DNA of 63,998 bases, the filler included, from Ionaspis alba (Eukaryota): assembly GCA_964255285.1 (NCBI GenBank). It is 9 parts of 9 records of this genome, joined end to end, with 100 filler letters (N's around TTAATTAATTAA, not from the genome) between each part and the next. Parts side by side here need not be neighbours in the genome. Positions count along the whole stretch, not along the records: positions 50,298 to 57,354 come from CAXUUL010000860.1; positions 57,455 to 63,998 come from CAXUUL010000910.1; 7 more parts are not named here. One strand, written 5' to 3'. The notes beneath the pieces are model-generated. The model made no database searches. It had not been told where the DNA came from and saw only the letters and a list, made by a program, of their open reading frames with translations. This document shows positions 54,196 to 63,998 of the stretch, piece after piece; position 1 is the first letter of the stretch, and each line of letters opens with the position of its first letter. The position numbers and the translations under genes are program-made.

Positions 54196-55582
54196 TTAGA
54201 ACATCAAGAGCCAGGCGAGCAGCGATCCTCCACCCATTACCATGGGCACTCGCAGAGGAGCGGCGGCACCTGTTGGGGATGAGCTGGCTCCGCTGCCTGT
54301 GGGTGTTGAGCCGGCGCTACCGGGCGTGTCCTGTTGGCCGGCGCAGGTGATTTCACCTTTAACAACTTGGGAGTCGCCGTATTGTTTGATGGGGCTGCAG
54401 TCGAAGGTTGCGGAGGTTTGGACGTTCATGGCGCCTCCGACGTTCATGAGTTTGGGGAGCTTGACACTGAAGATGAATGTCAGTATATGTGTTTTTGACC
54501 GATTTGGAGTTGGTGAACTTACGAGGTGAAGTTACCGCTGAAATCAAGGGAGCCTTTGACGTTGGACAAGTTCTCGAATCCATCGATGGATGAAAGCTTG
54601 GTGTTGTTTGCAATCTGGTAGGTTCCATTGGTACCGTTGATAGTGGTCAACATAGGCATGGAGATGTTGGTGAGCTGAGAGTTGTAGACGAAGACGATAC
54701 CACCCGCAAAAGTCAAGTTGGGAGTTGCAAGACTCTGGATGGTGTTCTCGTAGAAACCGAGGTTCTGGCTGACGTTGGCGAGGCTGGGAAGAGAGATCTT
54801 GCTTGCATTGCGGAAGGTCATCTGATCGGCAGTCTCGAGGTTGGGAAATGAGATGGTTTGGCCTCCGCTCTGCACCTCGTTGGCACCAATGTCAATGGAT
54901 CCCTTCATGGCCTTGACGTCGAGTGAGATCTGGGACAAGAAGCGGTTGTTGCTGATGCTGAAGCTATCAACTTGAGCGATTTGGTTGATGCCCTTGAGAT
55001 CAGCCAAATTGGTGTTGGTAATGAGGATCGTGCTGGCTTTCTTGAGACCAGGAGTTCCGAACCCTAGGGCCGCCAAGGCTGAGAGACTGGTAAAGTTGAG
55101 GTTCGCACACTGGGCGAGAGCTGGCATGGAGAGGGTGGAGAGTGCAGTCAAGTTGCCGAGTTGGAGATCTCCGACTGACTGGAGCTGTCCAGCCTGAAGA
55201 CTCTGAACGGAGCTATCATCCTGGTAGCTCAACGACCCTGTGATCGACTTGACACCATCAAGGCTGACAGTGTTCTGATTGCTCGCGGCACCGGTCTGAA
55301 GAGCGACACTACCACTGAAAGTTGTGCATGATGCCAAAGCTGAAGCACCCGCTGCATCGGTGACGGTGAGCGTTGCTGTGTTACTGCAAGCAGCTATTGT
55401 ACAATCCAGCCATCAGTCTGATGATTCGGAATTACAAGTTGCGAATGATGGATGAAATTGAAGTCGAAGTCGTTGTAAGGTTTCTGGGTCATGTTGTGAT
55501 TGGGTCTGGAGCGGGGACTAAACTTACCAGAAACTGTTGAGATAACGGCCAGAGCCGGTAGAAGGTACTTGGTAACGGCCAT
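54196..55582 (-). CDS. ECM33: GPI-anchored cell wall protein Ecm33/Sps2 family, three exons
   Basis: Signal peptide MAVTKYLLPALAV, receptor-L-like repeats (FPNLE, LPSLANV, MPMLTTI, LDFSGNF), Ser/Gly-rich stalk and hydrophobic GPI signal. Confidence 0.92.
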
Positions 55583-55918
55583 TATAGTTGGTCTAACCTA
55601 AGAACAATGACTGTGGTGATCAGCTTCTGGATGTTCAAAGTGAAGGATGATGGTGTGGAGGAAGTATGGTGGGCCGATCGGAAGACGCGTTTTGTGATGG
55701 TGAAAGCAATAGCTGAGTGAGTCAATGCGGATGCATACCTTGAATGTCTTGATTACAAGGCAACAGCTGGAGTGCGAATAGAAGAATGTCACTGATTGAT
55801 GCTGTTGCGTATCGGAAGTGTTTCGAATGGGGTGTGGTTTGAGAGCGAGTGTCGAGAATGGAAGTAAAAAGGACCTCAAATATTACAAGTGAAAAAAACC
55901 TTAGTATCGACTAGCCAA

Positions 55919-56090
55919 CGCGAAAGCCTCGAGAGCAGAGCTGTCGAGGAAGGCGCTGGATGGTAAAGAAAGGGTAGAAGGAGTTCAACGAGAGGCAGGT
56001 TGGATGGATGAATTGAAGGAAATGGTAGAGGGCGTGGGCCGGACACGGGCTTGCCCACGCAATGGCGGGCGGGTTTATTTTTCTTTCGCG
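55919..56090. promoter_or_regulatory. Two SCB-like CGCGAAA elements upstream of ECM33
   Basis: CGCGAAA at 55919-55925 and TTTCGCG at 56084-56090. Confidence 0.35.
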
Positions 56091-57533
56091 CCGGGGCGGG
56101 AATGGGGGGACGGGCAGCTATGGAAAGCAGGGGTTGGGGTCGCTATGCAAAACTTTGCTTGGCTACGACACTCACAGTCCGTGGTGGGAGCACGGGGGAA
56201 ACGGAGGCAGGGATGGGGGTGAGTGCTTGGGCATTTCGGTACTGTACTCTACTCCTTCAATGGTGCTATCTACGGGTTACTGTTTGCTCGGACGCCACTG
56301 ATGGAGGGAGCTTCGTGCTATGCGATTGGTACGGAGAGCATTGAAGGATGACCGAGATAACCGGGGGAGTACAATCGTTGGTGGATTCAGGATTGCTTCG
56401 CGTGTGCATTAATTGAATTCGTGCTATTGTTTACCTCGAGCACACCCAACGTTCTTCCTGTCGCATTGCTCTACCCTCGACTTGTTGGTGGCACAATGTT
56501 GAATTGATGAAGATCTACAACATAGCTCGAAGTACGAACGAGATCATGATAGTCTCCTGAGAATTCAAGTATTTCTCACCATCAATAATAAGAAACAATC
56601 TCCCTTTTCTTGTTTCGATGACAGATGGATTATTTTAGAGCTACAGGGTCCGTATCTCGTCGGATGCTCTAATTTGGTACGTCCGCCACCGGCTCTAACG
56701 CTATGAGGACTGGCGCATGCTTGAAGTGGACCGAGGACGCGTCTGTGGCTCAAGGAAAAGAGTGGACTGGCCGAGACTGGCATCGTTTCCAGTTCTTTCA
56801 TTCTGTCAGACCAAAATGCTTAGCCATGCTATATGTTACCTGTGTTTCTCTCATGCTCAGAACAAAGCAAGCCATTAGTTGGGTCGATTAGCTGATGTCA
56901 TCATTGGAGCAATAAGAATCTCACATGCTGTAGAAATCAAACGGTCGCGCTGCATTTCAATCTGCTTTATCAAAATTAATCAATATTCAATCCTTGCTCC
57001 ACCGAGTCCCACCGGCCTCCGACAAGGTTTCGTCGCAATGTCGATCACAGATGCGCCCAATTGTTGGTGGAGCTTCATCAAGCCTTTTTTCCATCACACA
57101 GGTGCAACATCTTGACACTTAGTATGATTATCTATTTGGTAGAGTCATTCTGATTATCATCCCTTAGCAAGAGCTGTCAAGGTGTTCTGACACTACTGAA
57201 ACACATACTTTCTTGCGTCACACATATCTCTCAGTGTATTTGGGGTAACATGAACCATGCTACAACGAAACATTCAGAAGGGGATCATCCCAATTACATT
57301 TCACGTGCATCAATCTGGAGGCTGTCAGAGGTCGACACCGACATGCCAGTAGTCNNNNNNNNNNNNNNNNNNNNNNNNNNNNNNNNNNNNNNNNNNNNTT
57401 AATTAATTAANNNNNNNNNNNNNNNNNNNNNNNNNNNNNNNNNNNNNNNNNNNNAACCGATCCCAATGCAAATGTACCAAAGTCTACCATGCCATAATGT
57501 ATTCGAAACGAAAAATCTAACATCCATCACCAA

Positions 57534-59384
57534 TCACGAAACCTCCTTAATCCTACACTTCCAACCCGACTCCTGACTCAGCAGCGGCAAACTATGCCCA
57601 CAAGTCAGTCCATGATCCCTCTAACCCAACTGTTCTGGAAAGAAGCAAAGAAAGACTCACCTAGCACCCAAACACCACCCCAACTCATTCCCCTTGATCT
57701 TCTTCGCAATCCTCACCTCCCTATCCGCCGGCATCTCATAGCCAGTATGCAACAACGCGAGCATAAAATTCAAATCCAAACAATGTTCCGGCCGATCACG
57801 CAACTCCTTCAACGCGCCCTCCACCCCCTCGAAACTGCCCCAGCTGCTCTCACCCCCACATACCTTGGCGGTCAAGTCCCATAACTCGCGGATGGTGAAC
57901 GACTCGGGCATTCCGAGCGGCTGCGTCCGGTCGTAGAAGTAGCTGAAGATGTAGACGTCTTCGCGGGCGAAGGTCGCTTCGAGGGAGGGTTGGTGCACGC
58001 CGCCGAAGGAGCAAGGCGCGAGGTCGCATTTTGTGTCTTTTTTTAGTATTTTCTCCGCCAGTCCGCGACATTGCGCTGCGCTGCCAGTAGCTGGTCCGGT
58101 CATTTTGACAGCGACAGTGCTTTTGTCGTCGAGCGTGACTTTGACTTCGGAGGTCATGTTTGGAGCTATACAAGGGTTTTCTATCGGCTGCGAAGCCCAT
58201 GCGGGATCCGTTGCGCCGTGCGCTTCTTTGTAGGCTTCTACGACAACTTTGTGGATGGATTCGCGCGCCGACATGAGTCCGTAGCCGAGATGGGAGTGCT
58301 GGTAGAGCTCGAAGTCGCGGCCGCCGAAGGTGAGTTTGTATTTGTGGTCGCCCTCCGCTAGGGTGGCAGGCATGCCCCGTGAGGGGCTTTTGAAGGTCGG
58401 CTGGAAGACGATTTGCGTGGAGCCGCCGCCGAGATCGAAGACAGCTGCTGTGGGGGATTTGTCGGGGCCGCCGATCTTGCCGAGGAGGTAATTTGTTGTA
58501 ATCCAAGCGTAGACGCCTTCGTCTTTGCCTTCCATGACAACGACTCCATCTCTCTCTTTCGAGACAACGGGAAAGGGGTAGACGGTTTCTAGACGTGTGC
58601 GAACTGCTTCGAGGATCTTGTCGCTGAGCTCGGGACCGAGTTTGCGAAGGCCGGCGGTGGCTTTGACGGCGACTGGTGAGCAGGACCGCAATTTCTCGGG
58701 GACCGTTGTCATAGCCACATCCATGAGCATGTCCAGACTTTTGGCAGCTCCTTCCGCATCGGCTCCAAATGAGCTCAATCCTGATCCTCCTTTTTTGGGC
58801 TCCGTCATTTTGAATTCCTCATGTTCGAGCTCGGGGGTGGCTCCACAATTGTTGAATCGATAGACATGTATCCGCGACCCAGTGCTGCCAGCATCAATCA
58901 TTAAGGCATATTGTATCAATGGTTTATCCGAGGAGTAGGACTTCGAGCACTTCGTTGTCCCCGTCGCTGGATCTGAAGAAATGGGTCCGGATCCGCCATG
59001 ACCTGTTCCCACACGAGTCGCTCAGCCTAAACCCTGTGATCTTGAATGTATGTGGAACAGTAGCGACATACCCTTGACTAACTCCCTAACATTCGCCCTT
59101 TCTCCCGGCGCAAGTAAAAAGAATAGCAGGACAAAAAATGCAAGAATCGCCCCAGCCTTCAAGTACCTGCTGCGCTGACTCTGCGTCATCCACGCGTCTC
59201 TTAAATTATCCACCGCGGCGATTGAACCGTTGGCAGAACCGTTACTTCGGTGTCTGTCGGCTTTCTCGTAGGGGTCGTGAACGTTGTTGCGGGTAGGTAG
59301 GGAGACTGAACGTCGGCGGGGTGTGCCAAAACTTATATATGACCATAGACTAGGACGACGGCGAGCATCGACCGATGTTGACAT
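57534..59384 (-). CDS. GDA1: Golgi guanosine diphosphatase (GDA1/CD39 NTPDase), three exons
   Basis: Type II transmembrane anchor and apyrase motifs IDAGSTGSRIH, KATAGLR, EGVYAWITTNY, DLGGGSTQ and ELGWCLGA. Confidence 0.93.
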
Positions 59385-59771
59385 AGGAAAGGTAGAGAAA
59401 AGGCGGAAGGGGAGGAGAGCGGTGTCCTGATCGTTGGACACTGCTGTACTCGACTGGAGAAGGATGACGGAGCCGATGAAGGGGTTTCACGGAGCGAAGG
59501 AGAGGCAGAAATGTGGAAAGGGTCTTTCAACAACGGGTAAACAGTAATGAGTGAGAAGTTGCAGATAGGAGACAAGTCTGCAGGAGTCAATGGACAACAG
59601 AAAGATTAAATTCAGGGATCTCACACCTAACTATCCCAGGGCCGCTCGCCAAGAACTCCACAGAAGCTTGGCAGAACGTCTTGGCTCGGCTCTATCTTTA
59701 GTGCCTCGTCTACAGTTGCCCCAGTTACCTTGCATCTTCAACAACAGCTTCTCGAAGCAAATGTTGCCAGC

Positions 59772-60214
59772 ATGGTACTCTCCACCTTCATTGACTACTG
59801 TCCAGGAAAGTCCTACTGACTTCCCCTACAGTCGAAAGATTCCTCCCACACCTACATCCACTTCGCCTCCTCCCGCTTCGCCGACCACTTCGAGGTATAT
59901 TCACTTCCCTCTCCCTCACCCCCCCGCCGACTGACTCCTCCCCTTCCCAAATCCAGGAATTCAACAAACCCCCACACCTACCTCACGAAGACATCTACGT
60001 CCCACCTCAACATCAACCTCTCAATCCTGAAGACGAAGACGACGTCGTCCCCGACCAACACGCCGCTTTCGGCATCCAGCGCGCTACCCAGGCGAAGAAA
60101 GAGGTCGCTTGGAAAGATCTGGGATTAGCAGAGCTGATGAGGAAGGGACCGTCGGACATGGCAGGGGTAGATCGGAGGAGGAAACATGGGGCGGGCGCGG
60201 GGTTGCCGAGATGA
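59772..60214 (+). CDS. APC13: Anaphase-promoting complex subunit Apc13/Swm1-like; exons 59772-59774, 59832-59894, 59957-60214
   Basis: Spliced product MSKDSSHTYIHF...LPHEDIYVPPQHQPLNPEDEDDVVPDQHAAFGIQRA...WKDLGL. Both introns are GT-AG with CTGAC branch sites. Confidence 0.8.
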
Positions 60215-60541
60215 GGGAGGGAGGTTCGAACGACGGGAAAGGCAATGCTGAGTTGAGGACGTACGAGCGCCATTGACGGGTACGGTTGAGGTGATCGACT
60301 GCTCGGCCGCATAGTATTACTCGAGTGACTGTCTGAGACGCACCTCAGGATCCAGGTGAAGCACTATGCTATGGAGCCCTGTTGGCTTGGCTCCAAGTCC
60401 AATGCTCTCANNNNNNNNNNNNNNNNNNNNNNNNNNNNNNNNNNNNNNNNNNNNNNNNNNNNNNNNNNNNNNNNNNNNNNNNNNNNNNNNNNNNNNNNNN
60501 NNNNNNNNNNGCCGGTCTTCCAACAATGCGACAATGGGATT

Positions 60542-62682
60542 CTATATCCGTATAACATCCACTCTTGCCCTCTCAAAGATCTTATGACCGACCATTGCTT
60601 CTCCAGCACCGCGCTCCTCTTCCGTGATCTTCCTGGGGTATATCGTCATCTGAGTATACGTCCCTGGGCCTCTGCGCTTCGATACCGGTCCAGGATTTAC
60701 AACCAAAACGCTTTCCACGACCTGTTCCAAGATTAGAAGCCGGGAACCCTCTGGGGATAATAACAGCTTACCTTTGCAAATGGTGATAAGGCACTAGGCA
60801 ATATCAACACATCTGGTCGAACATTCAACCACTCTCCGAGTTTCAGATAGCTGATATCCAGAGGCATTCCAGTGGCGACTCCTTCTTCAGTACCGGCTTT
60901 AGGCAGTATCGTCCTATTGACCGGCGGAAACACGGGAAAGAAATGCCGTTGCTGAATGACATGTCGAGGAAGGCGATCCAAAATATTATTCTCTTTTGGC
61001 TTTCCGACAACCACTTCCTCCCGCCGCAGGTCATATAGGATATCCTGAGCCGAGATACCGACGACGATCTCGTTGAGGGAAATGGTGACCGGATTGGACA
61101 CAGTGCTCACTTGTTTCGGCAGGCCCAGCTCTTTCTTTGCGAACGGTTCTTGCGGCCACGAAACGTGCTTGTTCACTGCGTCTCGGACAGAGGGGATGAC
61201 AATGATTCTTATACTCGGGACTGCTTGTGCGAGGCGACGAAGCGGATCACCGACCAGAATTCTGAACGCATCGGTCAATGTTGCTTTGTCTGGCTCGATG
61301 CTGGCGTCATCTGGAAGTTCGAAGTCACCGGTTGCTACCAATGGATGTTCGATGTCGAACAAGGGACCTATGAGGATGAGCACATCCGCGTAAGTCTCGC
61401 TGGCTTTTTCGCAGAGGGCGTGGAGAGGCTCGAAATCTAGATTGTCGTCTGCTGTGTATGGACCTGCAGACACGAGGATGTTCAGCGCATCTGTAGCTGT
61501 CCCAGAGCTATCGGCTTCGATGCCCAGACGCTCATTGTTCGCATCGATCGTTGATGGCAGTGACGCAGCGGGAGGAAGAAGCGGTATTTCAAAGACCTCC
61601 GTTGCAGCGAAATAGTCGCCCGAAGCATTGATACCACGGAGAGCGACGATTTGGCCAGGGAAGAACTCATGAGAGGGAATAGAGTCGACCTTGAGTGGAA
61701 CTCGCACTCCAGCTCCACTGCGTCTTGAAGTTTCCAAGACCAAGGATGCGATGTTCAGCTTGCTTTCAGGCATATCACATGCGATTCGTCCCACAGCAAC
61801 GATTTCACTCGTACTTTTACTCGCCGAGTTGCCAAAAGTCGAGTCTTCGAGAGTGTGATGTGCTTGAATGAGAGTCATGAATTCATCAATCCGGTCGTCA
61901 AGTACCTCAGATGCTTGAGAAAGGTGCGTGGCCAAGGGTTTGTAGAAGAACTTCTTAAGATCAGTGTTGGCAGTTAATTTCACACGAGATTCCGCAGGCG
62001 GCGCAAGAGGGGGCTCGTGAGGATTCAGATGATCGTTGAGAGTCTCCACGATCTGTCCAGCATTTTGTCGGTCCGAGAAAGGGACGGCCCTTCAAGCAAT
62101 AATGAGATAAAGATCATGCAGGATGGAACTTCAATCCTTACTTGACACCATTTGAGATATTGTCTGTTCTGCCATCGGTTGGCGAACTCTTAGTGGTTGT
62201 CTTGTTGACCTTGGGTACTGCTGGTGTTTCAAAGGTCGCCTTGCGTTTGGATGCGCCGTTCGTAGTTGCAGTTCGAGGAGTCTTAGGCGTAAGACCGTCC
62301 AACCTAGAAACACGTTGGCCATGCTTTGTAAAGCCCCCAGAATGTATACTCACATGCCGAAAACATCATCGTTGCCGCCAGCTGCTCGAGGTGTAGCATG
62401 AATTCCCCGCTTGTCTGCACTCCTTGTGTGTGATCGACCTTTGCTCTCTCGTTCCAGCATCTCCTGAATATCCTTTTTGAAAGCTCGCACAGTCGGCAAG
62501 TTTAACTTAGTCTCCTCCGATCCCATCTTGATGCAGTAGGACTCCCATTTGTAAAACAACTCTTGTGGGGATATGGAATGTAGGCGCAGAATTGATTGCA
62601 GTTCGCCTAGGATGTCAGGGGGGATTGAAGTCTCCGCTTGTACGGAGAAAAAGCTGTTGAGGTCTTCTGTATTGTTCGTCAT
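60542..62682 (-). CDS. POL12: DNA polymerase alpha-primase B subunit, four exons
   Basis: Motifs LFYKWESY, VGRIACD, FFPGQIVALRGIN, AGPYT, NPVTISLNE, PDVLILPS and VNPG. Confidence 0.94.
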
Positions 62683-62764
62683 CTTGTTCGGTACGTTATG
62701 GAACTCTCGCTGGGCTCAATGGGTGTATTATCAGATTGTGGAGGTAAAGTGGTTTCCGAGGTTG

Positions 62765-62787
62765 ACGCGTGACGAAACGCGACGCGA
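62765..62787 (-). promoter_or_regulatory. Cluster of MCB (MluI) cell-cycle boxes upstream of POL12
   Basis: ACGCGT at 62765-62770 plus two ACGCGA at 62777-62787, about 85-105 nt upstream of the ATG. POL12 is a known MBF target in yeasts. Confidence 0.7.
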
Positions 62788-63219
62788 CGGAAAGGTCCAT
62801 TGCTTCGAAGCCTTTTCACCGGTCCTCCGTCATCCCTCTGTGCTCGCTAAGCAACAGCTACTTCGAAGGAGACTTAGTGGACTGAGTTAGTTGGCCGACC
62901 CGCTAATTCAAACTCCAAGGGCCATATTTGCGGAAATCAGACTAGCATAGATCGGTGGTCCCGAGTGACGGGAGGACCGTTGTGGGGAGGAGGGTTCTAT
63001 TTTCTTAACATCCATCATTAAAAGCAAACTGAAGCCGGTGCCTCCAGATTTGTCTAACCATATATTACAACCTATTTGATGTCTGTGTATAACAAAAACT
63101 ACCGCTAAGTCTAGAAGGCAAGATCAAATTGTCGAGTACCTCAACGAACCTTATGAACTGAGCCCTAATGCTCGCTTGCTAAAGAAACGCACACGACCCA
63201 ATTCCACAAGCTCAGTCTA

Positions 63220-63998
63220 CTAGAGGCTGCACAATCCAGCCATGATGGTCAAGATGATCGCCACAATCCCTCCCGTAGTCTGCCGAGACGCGGCGCTTTT
63301 TCCGACCGCTGGTTTAGTAGCACTCGGGGTTGGAGGCGTTGGAGGCGCAGGAGAGGCAGTTCCGGAACTGTTCGACAGGGAATATCCACCGCTGATACTG
63401 GTCGGATCCCCTGTACTACCAGCTACACAGAGGGAATTGTTACTCCACGCTGCATTTGCGGCAACTCGCCAGATCTCAGTCACGTCGTTGATCATCGTGG
63501 GCGTATACCAGAGCCGGCAGTCGGCGGCGTCGTAGATAAATTGGGTAGGTGTCAATTCCGCATCGTGTGGGCGGATGGCGTTCATAAAGTTGACCCGGGC
63601 TCTTGGACTTCGTCGCAAAGCATACACGGTCATGTTTGCGAGGTCGGTGTCGGAGAAGTTCGATTTGACCAACTGTAGTAAGATGTCAGCTATGCGGCAC
63701 ACAGAAAGTGCGTGAGTTGCTTGCATACCTCGTCGATCTGAGCCTCTACGTCAGGAGGGATGGCCCGGGGATCGTTTGGAAGAGGATCGCGGGTTGTAAG
63801 GTTCGTGGCCAAGCCCAAAAAGGTTCCAATGCCAGCCCAAGGCTGCACATTTCCACCTCTTACACCACCTACAGCCTGTATCGCGCCCTTGTTGTCAGGC
63901 CGTCCTCCAAACGTGTAAGATTTGACTTTTGCTTGGGTTTTCATCAGCTCAGCAAAAACACTACATGTTGAACCGCAGAAACCATCGGTCACCATGAT
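63220..63998 (-). CDS. Fungal peptidase S41-family protein, 3' part only
   Basis: Motifs VTDGFCGSTCSVFAELMK, GGRP, QAVGGVRG, VNFMNAIR and PTQFIYDAADCRLWYT, then a Ser/Thr/Pro stalk and hydrophobic C-terminus. Confidence 0.8.

Overview
Eukaryotic, intron-rich DNA from a filamentous ascomycete (Pezizomycotina). The window is not one locus: it is nine ~7.1-kb scaffolds sorted by decreasing length and joined by an artificial N44-TTAATTAATTAA-N44 linker, so neighbourhoods across linkers are meaningless and several genes are truncated. About 25 protein-coding genes are supported: class II eIF4E, Ulp2-like SUMO protease, two PTH11-like membrane proteins, an amino-acid permease, a Ppn2-like phosphoesterase, a NACHT-ankyrin NLR, Pol eta, NAPE-PLD, a GH15-CBM20 glucoamylase, CDK7/Kin28, kinesin-7, an FDH-like MDR dehydrogenase, a CorA-like gene, an F-box-like gene, SSB Hsp70, a bromodomain protein, Cks1, a DsbA-like protein, a bHLH factor, Ecm33, Gda1, Apc13 (absent from the ORF track), Pol12 and an S41 peptidase. 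The most notable signal is an otherwise intact NLR immune receptor with one in-frame TAG at an expected Trp codon, between its N-terminal domain and NACHT. It is a candidate for A-to-I stop correction, readthrough or a split NLR, but may be a simple null allele. Other points are two GC-AG introns, a hairpin-rich 271-nt intron, tandem AmyR-type sites and a frameshifted CorA-like gene. No tRNA, rRNA, CRISPR array or intact transposon was recognised. All product calls come from motif recognition, not database searches.
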